DNA from: Candidatus Parcubacteria bacterium
Lineage (GTDB): Bacteria; Patescibacteriota; Patescibacteriia; PEXW01
Reading direction: 5' to 3'
Length of the DNA stretch: 56,129 bases
Assembly: GCA_003597955.1 (NCBI GenBank)
Contig: QZJU01000008.1
Location: 1 to 56,129, forward strand
Shown: positions 1 through 8,449 of the stretch, piece after piece
Layout of the letters: each line of letters starts with the position of its first letter
Numbering within the stretch: position 1 is the stretch's first letter
Translations under genes and position numbers: made by a program
Notes under the pieces: model-generated
What the model saw: the letters and a program-made list of their open reading frames with translations, nothing else
What the model was told of the DNA's origin: nothing
The model's database searches: none

Positions 1-537
1 AAAGGTTTCACTTTAATTGAGTTATTGGTGGTTATTGCCATCATCGGCATTCTGTCAGCCGTGGGTTTGATCGCTTTGAATGGCGCTCGGGAAAAAGCCA
101 GAGATGTTGCAAGAAAAAGTGACCTAAAACAGCTTTCAACCGGTTTGGTATTATACAGTGATTCAAATAATGATACTTTTCCCGACTCTTCAACCAGTGG
201 CGTTGATACCTGGACAACCCAAGTAGGGGCTCAATTAGCCGAACGAGCCGATGCTGCTGGTTGCCCGGCATGTTTAATATATACAGCCCTAGTTGGTAAT
301 TCCAAATTTGTAGCCCGCTTGCCGAATGCGCCAACTGTTGGCCCCACGGATTTATCCAAAGAATATTGGTATATTTCATGCGAAGGTAATGGCAGTTCAG
401 CCCAGACCGACGCCAAGGCCTTTGCATTGGTAACCGAGCTGGAAAGACCCACAAGCGCAGCCGTAAATTGGTGGGTTTTCTCATCAACATCTTCCGAGGG
501 CAAAGAGACTGCGCCAACACCAACACCCTGCAATTAG
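1..537 (+). CDS. Type IV pilin-like protein (5' end cut by window edge)
   Basis: Window opens in frame with [23 protein letters not shown], a prepilin class III signal (G|FTLIE, Glu at +5, hydrophobic helix). Same frame as track ORF 25..537. Ser/Thr/Pro-rich C-terminal tail. Confidence 0.8.
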   Translation, partial: KGFTLIELLVVIAIIGILSAVGLIALNGAREKARDVARKSDLKQLSTGLVLYSDSNNDTFPDSSTSGVDTWTTQVGAQLAERADAAGCPACLIYTALVGNSKFVARLPNAPTVGPTDLSKEYWYISCEGNGSSAQTDAKAFALVTELERPTSAAVNWWVFSSTSSEGKETAPTPTPCN

Positions 538-540
538 TTT

Positions 541-2130
541 ATGATGACATACTTGCGATATTGGCTGCCCGTCGGCCTGTTATTGCTGATTTACGCGGTC
601 GCTTTCGGATTGCCGGAATTAAGCAATAAATGGCCGCATGTGGTCATTGGTTTTATGGCCCTGCCCCTGGCCTGGTCTTTTCATTATATAGTTAAGAAAA
701 GATTTTCTTGGCAAGAGCCGTTATTTTGGCTGGCAGTTTTTCTAGGCTTAAGTTTCATCTCCTCAATGGTTGCCGCAAATCCATATTCGGCCATTTTAAA
801 TTGGCTGGTTATATTTGTCGGCGCGATAATTTTTGTATTAATCAGAACCCTGACGCCAGAACACCGCCGGTTTTTACTAATTGGGCTTTTGATCATAAAT
901 TTTATTGGCATAACTTGGTGTGTTTTGGCAAAAAGAGTAAATTTTCCAATCGCCTGGCTGCCGCCGGCCGGAACTTTTCCAATAATTTTAGGCGGTTTGG
1001 GAATTTTCTCATTGGCTTTGATTTTTTTAACCCTAAGTTCAGCGACAAGGAAATTTCAGAAGATAATTTTAATTTTTCCGGTTATAGCATTTGCCGCACC
1101 CTTGTCTTTGCCGGGTTTTTATAAAAGCCTGGGTAATTCCTGGCAAAATACCCAAAAACAGATTCCTGTGATGTCAAAGATTTTAAAAGCCTACCCAATT
1201 TTTGGCATTGGCTTGGATAATTATCAATATCATTATCCACAAAATACCCGAGATACGGCCCTTTATGCAGTTCAATCCCCAAATGTGTGGTTTGAACATC
1301 TTATAAGTTTCGGGCCATTTGCTTTTTTAAGTTTTCTCGTGTTCTTATTCCTAGCATTAAAAAATATCTGGCATCATCAGCCCAAGACTGATCGCTTAAT
1401 ATTTTATGGCGGCATTTTTATGATGGCTATAATTTCCGCTATCACCAAAACTACTAATTTTCTAATTTTCATAATTGATTTTTGGATTTTACTCGGTTTA
1501 GGTGTCCAACCTTTTGCCACCCAAGAAGTAAAAGGCGCCAATACATTAAGTTTATTCAGGTATGTTTTAATTTGCGTCGGCCTTGTTTTTGCCATCCAAA
1601 GTTTGAGTATGGGTTGGGGTATTAACCGTTTTGCAAAAGCCGAGAGGTCCGCTTTAAATGGAGACACCAAAACCGCGGTTGAATTATATGCCCAATCATT
1701 GAAGTTTGATTTCGACCCGGAACAACGCCGCGCTTATGCCGAATCGCTGTGGCTACAGGAACACAATAGCAAGAACTTTGTGGATGCTGAGAAGCAAGCG
1801 AAATTAGCAATTAAGTGGAATCGGAAAGACGCTTTCGCAAGGCAGATTTTGGCAAGAATATATTTCTCCCAACAAAAATACGCCGAAGCTGAAAAACATT
1901 ATTCCGAAGCCCTGGCTCTGGACCCAATATTTTCCTTGGATGCTTATATTGCCCTAGCCGATGTTTATAAAAAACAGGAAAAACCCAAAGAGGAAGAAAA
2001 CATATTAGCTAAAGTTTTTGATTTTTACCCGCAGAATTTTACGCAGCAAAGCATGGCCAATCAAACCTTATTTCAGCAGCTAAGCCGGATCAAGGAGAGG
2101 CTGGAAAATTTAAAAGAGCCTAAAGAATAA
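541..2130 (+). CDS. O-antigen ligase (Wzy_C) family polytopic membrane protein with C-terminal TPR repeats; TfpO/PilO-like candidate
   Basis: About 10 predicted TM helices. PIFGIGLDNYQ and NVWFEHLISFG resemble conserved O-antigen-ligase family motifs. C-terminal third has TPR-like repeats (AYAESLWLQ..., AEKHYSEALALDP). Starts 4 nt after the pilin stop. Confidence 0.65.
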   Translation: MMTYLRYWLPVGLLLLIYAVAFGLPELSNKWPHVVIGFMALPLAWSFHYIVKKRFSWQEPLFWLAVFLGLSFISSMVAANPYSAILNWLVIFVGAIIFVLIRTLTPEHRRFLLIGLLIINFIGITWCVLAKRVNFPIAWLPPAGTFPIILGGLGIFSLALIFLTLSSATRKFQKIILIFPVIAFAAPLSLPGFYKSLGNSWQNTQKQIPVMSKILKAYPIFGIGLDNYQYHYPQNTRDTALYAVQSPNVWFEHLISFGPFAFLSFLVFLFLALKNIWHHQPKTDRLIFYGGIFMMAIISAITKTTNFLIFIIDFWILLGLGVQPFATQEVKGANTLSLFRYVLICVGLVFAIQSLSMGWGINRFAKAERSALNGDTKTAVELYAQSLKFDFDPEQRRAYAESLWLQEHNSKNFVDAEKQAKLAIKWNRKDAFARQILARIYFSQQKYAEAEKHYSEALALDPIFSLDAYIALADVYKKQEKPKEEENILAKVFDFYPQNFTQQSMANQTLFQQLSRIKERLENLKEPKE

Positions 2131-2150
2131 TTTATGTTATAATAAAAAAT

Positions 2151-2567
2151 ATGAACAAAAACAAAGGTTTTAGCATGATCAGCGTCGTTTTAACAAGTTT
2201 GATTTTCTTACTGGTGATTTTTTTTGGTTTAAGGATAATCGGCTCTGAACGAGCCAAAGCCCGGGACGCGCAAAGGGTGGCGGACATGGCTCGTTTGCAG
2301 GTTGGTTTCTTAATGCTTTACAACCGGACCGCCTCCTATGCCGCGGCTGCGCAAAACGGTTGCGACCAGGCCGGCAAGCCGGTTCGTGTTTGTAATTTAG
2401 CTCAGGATTTTCCAGAAGTTAAAAATTTCAAAGATCCGCGTGGTGGGGAATATACAATGAGTAAAGTTCCGGATGCGAATTCTTATGAAATTTCTTTTGA
2501 GCTGGAAGTCGGTGCCACGGGCTTGAGCAAGGGTAAACACACCCTCACGCCCGCGGGGATAAAGTAG
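2151..2567 (+). CDS. Pilin-like protein (prepilin-type N-terminus, no Glu+5)
   Basis: MNKNKG|FSMISVVLTSLIFLLVIFFG followed by ERAKARDAQRVADM, the same post-helix motif as the first pilin ([14 protein letters not shown]). Confidence 0.6.
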   Translation: MNKNKGFSMISVVLTSLIFLLVIFFGLRIIGSERAKARDAQRVADMARLQVGFLMLYNRTASYAAAAQNGCDQAGKPVRVCNLAQDFPEVKNFKDPRGGEYTMSKVPDANSYEISFELEVGATGLSKGKHTLTPAGIK

Positions 2568-2637
2568 AACCCGTATTTGCAAGATTGCTTCGTCATTCCG
2601 CTAAGAGCGGAACCCCTCGCAATGACGATAAAATAAA

Positions 2638-3405
2638 ATGAACATCATAATTTATATCTTTACCTTTCTTTTCGGCGCTTGCGTCGGCAGTTTTTTGAAT
2701 GTGGTGATTTATCGCCTGCCCCGGAAACGAAAATTTTTGGATTTCCAACAAAGGTCAAAATGCCCCAGGTGCCGGCACCTTTTAAGCTTCTGGGATTTAA
2801 TTCCGGTTTTCAGTTTTATTTTTTTAAAAGGCAAATGCCGGTTCTGCCGCAAAAGGATCAGCTGGCAGTACCCGCTAGTGGAATTAATGACCGGCTTGAT
2901 TTTCGTCTTGATTTATTGGCAGTACGGCCTGGCTTGGCAAAGCTTGATTGGCCTTATTGGCGTAAGTGTTTTAATCGTTCTGGCTTTTATTGATGGCTTG
3001 CATAAAATCGTACCCGACCAAATCAGTCTGCCGGCGATCGCCATAATTTTTTGCCTGCAGATTTTGGTTAACCCCGGAGAATACCTTAGTTTAATTTTAG
3101 GCGGGATTTTCGGCGCGACCTGGTTCTGGCTGCAATGGTTAATTTCCAAAGGTAAATGGGTTGGCAGCGGCGACATCCGTTTAGGCGCGCTTTTGGGCGT
3201 TTTCCTGGGCCTGGGCAGCGCGCTCTTGGCCATTTTCAGCGCTTATATCATTGGCAGCCTGTGGGCAATTCAGCTTTTAATTCGGGGTAAAGTGCGCTTG
3301 AAAAGCCAGTTACCTTTTGGGATTTTTTTGGGGATTTTGGGCATAGTTTGCTTTATTTTTGGGCCTGAAGTGGTATCCTGGTATAGGGAGTTAATTGGAT
3401 TGTAA
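2638..3405 (+). CDS. pilD: Prepilin peptidase (A24 family, PilD-like)
   Basis: N-terminal Cys motif CPRCRHLL...CRFCRKRISWQYPLVELMTG, multiple TM helices, conserved GSGDIRLGALLG region. Confidence 0.85.
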   Translation: MNIIIYIFTFLFGACVGSFLNVVIYRLPRKRKFLDFQQRSKCPRCRHLLSFWDLIPVFSFIFLKGKCRFCRKRISWQYPLVELMTGLIFVLIYWQYGLAWQSLIGLIGVSVLIVLAFIDGLHKIVPDQISLPAIAIIFCLQILVNPGEYLSLILGGIFGATWFWLQWLISKGKWVGSGDIRLGALLGVFLGLGSALLAIFSAYIIGSLWAIQLLIRGKVRLKSQLPFGIFLGILGIVCFIFGPEVVSWYRELIGL

Positions 3406-3458
3406 TTTTGAAAAAACATTTACCCCGTACAATTTTTTGTTAAAAGTGACTTTTTTGA

Positions 3459-3564
3459 CCCCGCACCACTTTTCATAAACAGAACTTAATATTTGACCAT
3501 GGATTTTCACCCGAAAAAATTTCCTCCTCAAAAAGAAAGTCCTTTGTTAAAAAGTGGTGCGGGA
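3459..3564 (+). repeat. Hairpin leader module copy 1 (arms 3459-3475 / 3548-3564, 72-nt loop)
   Basis: Left arm CCCCGCACCACTTTTCA, right arm TAAAAAGTGGTGCGGGA (15/17 complementary). The loop contains the start of the 3493 ORF. Confidence 0.85.
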
Positions 3565-4410
3565 TTTACCTTTATCGAAACTCTGGTGGCTTTGTCGGTC
3601 TTGATGATTTTGCTTGGTTTGATTTTGGCCACCTACCGTCGGGGAAATGAGGACAGTATTTTGAACCGAGAAATTACATTACTAATGAGCCGATTTAGAT
3701 TAGCTCAAGAACAAACCGCTGGCGGAACGGTTGGTCGATATTGCGAACAGCCATATTACGGCATTTCCTGCCAAACCGACTCGAATTGTCCTGGGGGGTA
3801 TGCGTGTCGAAGCGCTGACGCCCCAAAAGGCGGGTATGTGATGGCTTTTAATTGCGATCCAAAACCAGAATCCGGAGCGCAATGGGGTTGGGGTTTTGAT
3901 TACCCTAAAATTGGTGATGTAAGCAAAGCTAATACAACCCCGTATTTCCTTTTTGGGGAAAGAGTTTCTTGTGACAGTAATTGTTATTCTGGTAATGATA
4001 ATAATTGGGTTTATGGGTTGGCTGACGAAAAAACTTCGCTTTTTAGTCGTATTGTGGGCGATACGGTGGTAAGCACTTTTCAACTTGACAACCGCGCGAT
4101 TTTTAAGGATTTGCAAATAATTTCTTCAAACCAGGAAAAGTATTGGTGTAATTCCGCACTGCCTTGGCGAGTCGTGCCCGTACCCAGTGATTATCCCTTG
4201 ATCGCCACAGTTCGTTTTAAACCGTCCGATGGTCGGCAGATTGAAATAACCAATAACGTTAGCATAAAGACTCCTAGCGGTTATGATTGGACAAAAGTTG
4301 AAGTCATGTTCGGCTTGCGGAGCCGAAATACAGATTGTCAGGTTGTCGCTTTTAGCCGCGAAGGCGTAGTTAGCAAGTATCTTGATACCAATTGCAGTTT
4401 TGCAAATTAA
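3493..4410 (+). CDS. Large prepilin-like protein, paralog 1 (long leader, G|FTFIE)
   Basis: MTMDFHPKKFPPQKESPLLKSGAG|FTFIETLVALSVLMILLGL. Track start is TTG 3493; an in-frame ATG lies at 3499. N- and C-terminal thirds are shared with ORFs 4832 and 6288. Confidence 0.7.
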   Translation: MTMDFHPKKFPPQKESPLLKSGAGFTFIETLVALSVLMILLGLILATYRRGNEDSILNREITLLMSRFRLAQEQTAGGTVGRYCEQPYYGISCQTDSNCPGGYACRSADAPKGGYVMAFNCDPKPESGAQWGWGFDYPKIGDVSKANTTPYFLFGERVSCDSNCYSGNDNNWVYGLADEKTSLFSRIVGDTVVSTFQLDNRAIFKDLQIISSNQEKYWCNSALPWRVVPVPSDYPLIATVRFKPSDGRQIEITNNVSIKTPSGYDWTKVEVMFGLRSRNTDCQVVAFSREGVVSKYLDTNCSFAN

Positions 4411-4515
4411 TCCCGTACCACTTTTCATTAACAGACCTTAGTATTTACCATGAATTTTCACCCAAAAAAATTCCCTCCTCAAAAATCAAACCCTTTGTTG
4501 AAAAGTGGTGCGGGG
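4411..4515 (+). repeat. Hairpin leader module copy 2, carrying an orphan leader (ATG 4450) with no pilin body
   Basis: Arms TCCCGTACCACTTTTCA / TGAAAAGTGGTGCGGGG. The loop encodes MNFHPKKFPPQKSNPLLKSGAG, then the frame runs into GIY-YIG upstream sequence. Confidence 0.8.
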
Positions 4516-4537
4516 CTAACCATGTTAATATTTTATC

Positions 4538-4786
4538 ATGCACTACGTATATTTATTGACCAATCGGATAAATCAAACAATTTACATAGGCTCAACAAAT
4601 AACCTAAAGAGGCGGATTCAAGACCATAATAAGGGTTTGATATTTTCAACAAAAAGATATTTACCTTGGAAATTAATTTATTATGAAGCATATTCCGATG
4701 AAGCCTTAGCTCGAAGGAGAGAAAAGCGACTGAAATATCATGGCAATTCAATTCGTGAATTAAAAAAACGAGCAGGAATAACTTAA
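4538..4786 (+). CDS. Small GIY-YIG nuclease (COG2827 / YhbQ-like)
   Basis: YVYLLTNRINQTIYIGSTNNLKRRIQDHN...KRLKYHG, i.e. GIY-YIG core (YVY...YIG), conserved Arg and Glu positions. 82 aa single-domain form. Confidence 0.85.
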   Translation: MHYVYLLTNRINQTIYIGSTNNLKRRIQDHNKGLIFSTKRYLPWKLIYYEAYSDEALARRREKRLKYHGNSIRELKKRAGIT

Positions 4787-4798
4787 TTAATGGGTTTA

Positions 4799-4903
4799 CC
4801 CCGCACCACTTTTCACTAACCATCTAATTACTTGACTCAAGAACATTCACCAGAGAAATATCCAAAACCTAAAAAACGCCTTTTGTTGAAAAGTGGTGCG
4901 GGG
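4799..4903 (+). repeat. Hairpin leader module copy 3 (arms 17/17 complementary, 71-nt loop, loop type 2)
   Basis: CCCCGCACCACTTTTCA at 4799-4815 and TGAAAAGTGGTGCGGGG at 4887-4903. Confidence 0.9.
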
Positions 4904-5863
4904 TTTACTTTCATCGAAACTTTGGTCGCCATAGGCATTCTTTTGGCTTTGCTGGCTGTGGTCTTGGCCAATTACCGTCGGGGCAATGACGACAGCGTGT
5001 TAAATCGGGAAGTTAGCCTGATGATGTCGCGGGTCAGGTATGCCCAAGAACTGACTTCAGCCGGAACTATAAGCAAGCATTGTCAGGCACCGCATTACAA
5101 CAAGCAGTGCAGTTCCGATGCTGAATGCACAAGTTTTCCCGGCACAGGCCTAAAGGGTTGTCAGCCAAAGCATTGCAGCTTAACTACTGGAACAACTTGT
5201 GCTTCCGATGTAGACTGCCCCGGCGGTGAAAAATGCATATCCGCGACCTTAACACCCGAAGGCGGATATGTGATGGCTTTTAATTGCAAGCCGGATTATG
5301 CAAATTATCCATGGGATTATTATGCAAATTACCCCCAAATTGGGTTGGGTCCAATCCCATACTTTCTCTTTGCTGAGCGTATTGATTGTAAAAACGATTG
5401 TTATGTCAGATTTAATACTTCTTGGGTCTACGATAAATCTGACGGGATAATCAGTTTTTATTTAGCAAACCCTTTTCCGCCCGGAGCTAATCCAAAAGGC
5501 GAGACCGTGGTGGAAATTTTTAAACCTTCACGCCAGATTGTCTTAAGAGATATTCAGCTAATCTCGGGTGTAGATAAATATTCCTGTCAGACGGGTTCTC
5601 CCTGGCGTAATCGGACAATCGCCGGCAAGACCATCCCAGCAGATTATCCTTTGCAAGCTACAGTGAATTTTAAAACTCCTGATGGCCGAAAGTCGATGTT
5701 GACAGACAATATTAGCAAAACCACTCCTGCCGGGTTCGAATGGACGAAGTTAGAGGTTATGCTGGGTATAAAAAACCGCACTACGGATTGCCGGGTGGTA
5801 AGCATTACCAAAGACAGCGTTATCAGCCAGAGCCTTGACGAGAATTGCAGTTTTAGCTCTTAA
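4832..5863 (+). CDS. Large prepilin-like protein, paralog 2
   Basis: TTG start; ...KKRLLLKSGAG|FTFIETLVAIGILLALLAVVLANYRRGN. Cys-rich variable middle; C-terminus ...TDCRVVSITKDSVISQSLDENCSF is shared with the paralogs. Confidence 0.7.
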   Translation: MTQEHSPEKYPKPKKRLLLKSGAGFTFIETLVAIGILLALLAVVLANYRRGNDDSVLNREVSLMMSRVRYAQELTSAGTISKHCQAPHYNKQCSSDAECTSFPGTGLKGCQPKHCSLTTGTTCASDVDCPGGEKCISATLTPEGGYVMAFNCKPDYANYPWDYYANYPQIGLGPIPYFLFAERIDCKNDCYVRFNTSWVYDKSDGIISFYLANPFPPGANPKGETVVEIFKPSRQIVLRDIQLISGVDKYSCQTGSPWRNRTIAGKTIPADYPLQATVNFKTPDGRKSMLTDNISKTTPAGFEWTKLEVMLGIKNRTTDCRVVSITKDSVISQSLDENCSFSS

Positions 5864-5968
5864 TCCCGCATCACTTTTCACTAACCATCTAATTACTTGA
5901 CCCAAGGACATTCACCAGAGAAATATCCAAAACCTAAAAATCACCTTTTGATGAAAAGTGGTGCGGGA
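5864..5968 (+). repeat. Hairpin leader module copy 4, orphan type-2 leader (TTG 5897) with no pilin body
   Basis: Arms TCCCGCATCACTTTTCA / TGAAAAGTGGTGCGGGA. The terminal T1/A17 change is compensatory. Confidence 0.8.
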
Positions 5969-5990
5969 TCCATCATTATTATTTTTAAAA

Positions 5991-6240
5991 ATGTATTACG
6001 TTTATTTATTAATAAGTAGTAAGAGACGGACAATATACATCGGCTCTACAAATAATTTTAAGAAAAAGAATTAAGGAACATAATAAGGGACTAGTTTTTT
6101 CCACCAGAAGGTATATGCCATTGAAATTGTTCTATTATGAAGTATATACAGACGAAAAAGCCGTCCGACAAAGAGAAAAAAGTTTGAAATATCACGGTAA
6201 TTCAGTCAAGGAATTAAAAAGGAGAGTTGGTATATCTTAG
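5991..6240 (+). pseudogene. GIY-YIG nuclease pseudogene (single frameshift)
   Basis: Reads MYYVYLLISSKRRTIYIGSTNNFKKKN then stop. The +1 frame continues RKRIKEHNKGLVFSTRRYMPLKLFYYEVYTDEKAVRQREKSLKYHGNSVKELKRR, collinear with the intact copy at 4538. Confidence 0.75.
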
Positions 6241-6253
6241 ATCTATGGGTTTA

Positions 6254-6359
6254 CCCCGCACCACTTTTCATTAACAGACTGTAAATTTTGACCATGGATT
6301 TTCACCCGAAAAAATTCCCGACTCAAAAAGAAAGCTCTTTGTTGAAAAGTGGTGCGGGG
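6254..6359 (+). repeat. Hairpin leader module copy 5 (arms 17/17, 72-nt loop, loop type 1)
   Basis: CCCCGCACCACTTTTCA at 6254-6270 and TGAAAAGTGGTGCGGGG at 6343-6359. Confidence 0.9.
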
Positions 6360-7319
6360 TTTACTTTGATTGAAACCCTTGTTGCGACCGGGATACTATT
6401 GGGTTTATTGGCCGTGGTGCTGGCCAATTACCAAAGGGGCGCTCAAGAGAGCGCTTTACATAGAGAAGCTGAATTATTTATGTCAAATATCCGTTTGGTC
6501 CAGGAGCAAACTGCCGCTGGTCAAATCGTTAATTATTGCTTGCACTATGTGGGCGCTGATTGTTTAACTGGATGTTCGGGTTATTCTTGCAGTCCTAAGC
6601 AAGAAACGCCTAAGGGTGGTTTTGGGCTTTTGGTCGGGTGTCAGCTAAATAGCGAGCCCGGCTGGGATCAGCCCTGGATTATTTATGGCGCAAATAATTC
6701 CTATCCTTCTCAAAATTCCACGAAAAAACAGGCTTATTATCTTTTTTCTGATAACCGCGCATGCTGGAATAATACGGGAACCGATTACTGTTGTTACCCC
6801 CTAACCAATTTTAGCTGTATCGGTTATGACGAAGGAACTGGCGACGCAGCTTCGGGTTCAGATGGCATCGTCACCACTCGACAATTTACTTTACTAAAAG
6901 GTGATACCCTAGAAAGAGAGCATGTTTTAGATAAGCAAATAGAATTTAAAGATTTAAGGCTCACGCGATATGTTCAGACGACCGGGAGTTTAAAGACTTA
7001 TTCTTGCCGTTCAGTTCATCCCGATAACCATACCCCTTGGCGAAATTTAAAGGTTCCCCAAACAAATTCTATGGTTATCAGTAATTATCACCTTGCAGCT
7101 TTGTTAAGATTTTTACCGCCCAACGGTCGTAAAGTTGTCATTTCCGACAATATTGCGGATTACCCACCAGATGCGGCAGGTCAACCAGATAAAAACAATC
7201 CTTGGTTAAAGGCGGAAGTTATGCTGGGCATAAAAAACCGCGCTACGGATTGCCGGGTGGTGAGCGTTAGCAAAGAGGGAGTAATCAGCCAGTCAGTTGA
7301 TTCAGACTGTGCTTTTTAG
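6288..7319 (+). CDS. Large prepilin-like protein, paralog 3
   Basis: MTMDFHPKKFPTQKESSLLKSGAG|FTLIETLVATGILLGLLAVVLANYQRG. C-terminus ...TDCRVVSVSKEGVISQSVDSDCAF. Confidence 0.7.
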   Translation: MTMDFHPKKFPTQKESSLLKSGAGFTLIETLVATGILLGLLAVVLANYQRGAQESALHREAELFMSNIRLVQEQTAAGQIVNYCLHYVGADCLTGCSGYSCSPKQETPKGGFGLLVGCQLNSEPGWDQPWIIYGANNSYPSQNSTKKQAYYLFSDNRACWNNTGTDYCCYPLTNFSCIGYDEGTGDAASGSDGIVTTRQFTLLKGDTLEREHVLDKQIEFKDLRLTRYVQTTGSLKTYSCRSVHPDNHTPWRNLKVPQTNSMVISNYHLAALLRFLPPNGRKVVISDNIADYPPDAAGQPDKNNPWLKAEVMLGIKNRATDCRVVSVSKEGVISQSVDSDCAF

Positions 7320-7331
7320 TAAAGTTAGTGT

Positions 7332-8345
7332 GTGAAACCTAAGATTCGACGGGCAAAAAAACCAAAGAAAATTTTTAAAGGCGCGGCCCTGCTGGAGTCG
7401 GTTATTGCCATTGGCGTCATCATGACCGGCGTAGTCGGTTCTTTGGTTCTGATCAACACCACCATCAAACTTGGCCGGACCAACCAAGACCGGATTATTG
7501 CCCAAAATCTGGCTCGGGAAGGAATTGAGCTGGCATATGGTTTACGAAACTCCGCGACTTTGGTCCACACTGAAGATTCTACAGTTTCCTGGGATTCGTA
7601 TTTGTATAAGTTTACATTGAAATCGGGAAGCTACGACACTTTGTATGATTTAGGCACTGGCAATTATGATGCTGGAACTTGCGTCACCATTGCCGGCGGT
7701 GATGCCATTTTGGATATGTGTGACATTCAGGTTTTGTTATTACATTTATACGAAGGCGGCCCATTGCCTTCGATGTGTAACACCATTCCCAATGGCGGTA
7801 GCAATCCTTCCCCGGACGCCAATGGTTGTGATTTTAACAACGACGGCGTAACCGGAATTTTGGATGTGACATTCATGATCTCCTCATTTTATAAAGAATC
7901 ATACCAGTTTTCCGCTGGCTATCCTGTTTTGTCGACAAAATTTCAGCCCAACGCACAGCTAGTTTTTTATGATGTTCGTGACGGTGAGACTATAAATTTA
8001 AGTCAGATGTGGGACGATGCTCGCAGTCGGATACAGGTAAATAACGGCGCCTACGTGCAGAATGTGACCGAAGCCGGTAATACGCCGACCAAATTTTATC
8101 GAACCGTTATTATGCAGGAAGTATGCCGGGGCACTCAAAGCGGAAGCGAAGAGGCCGTTTTGGTGCCAACAGATTCAGTCTTAAATTGCTATGATTATGT
8201 GAAGGCGCAAGGTTGGTCAGATGCTGACGCTGGCACAATAAAAAAAGTTGGGGTTTTGGCTAATTCCGAAGTCCGTTGGCCAAGCCCAACCAGCGGGACT
8301 AAAGTTTTGTACCAAGAATATATTTATGACTGGCTTAACTTCTAA
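7332..8345 (+). CDS. Minor pilin-like protein (PilV-like N-terminus) with internal dockerin/EF-hand-like loop
   Basis: GTG start. KKIFKG|AALLESVIAIGVIMTGVVGSLVL prepilin-type signal. DFNNDGVTGILD matches the DxNxDGxxxxxD calcium loop of dockerin repeats. Confidence 0.6.
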   Translation: MKPKIRRAKKPKKIFKGAALLESVIAIGVIMTGVVGSLVLINTTIKLGRTNQDRIIAQNLAREGIELAYGLRNSATLVHTEDSTVSWDSYLYKFTLKSGSYDTLYDLGTGNYDAGTCVTIAGGDAILDMCDIQVLLLHLYEGGPLPSMCNTIPNGGSNPSPDANGCDFNNDGVTGILDVTFMISSFYKESYQFSAGYPVLSTKFQPNAQLVFYDVRDGETINLSQMWDDARSRIQVNNGAYVQNVTEAGNTPTKFYRTVIMQEVCRGTQSGSEEAVLVPTDSVLNCYDYVKAQGWSDADAGTIKKVGVLANSEVRWPSPTSGTKVLYQEYIYDWLNF

Positions 8346-8445
8346 CCCCGCACCACTTTTCATTAACAACCTTAATATTTGACCATGGATTTTCACCCGA
8401 AAAAATTCCCGACTCAAAAAGAAAACCCTTTGTTGAAAAAGGTGG
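8346..8445 (+). repeat. Hairpin leader module copy 6 (tandem duplicate, right arm truncated to TGAAAAAGGTGG)
   Basis: The 104-bp unit 8346-8449 repeats at 8450-8553. Its leader (TTG 8379) is orphaned and reads into the next left arm. Confidence 0.85.
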
Positions 8446-8449
8446 TTTA

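Noticed and set aside
2590-2628. Compound hairpin TCGTCATT-CCGC..GCGG..-AATGACGA between the pilin-like gene and pilD, and a similar GC hairpin CCCCGGAT...ATCCGGGG at 22637-22665
   Set aside because: They are short, have no T-tract, and their sequences are not clearly related to each other. They could be small dispersed palindromes, but I cannot tie them to a function.
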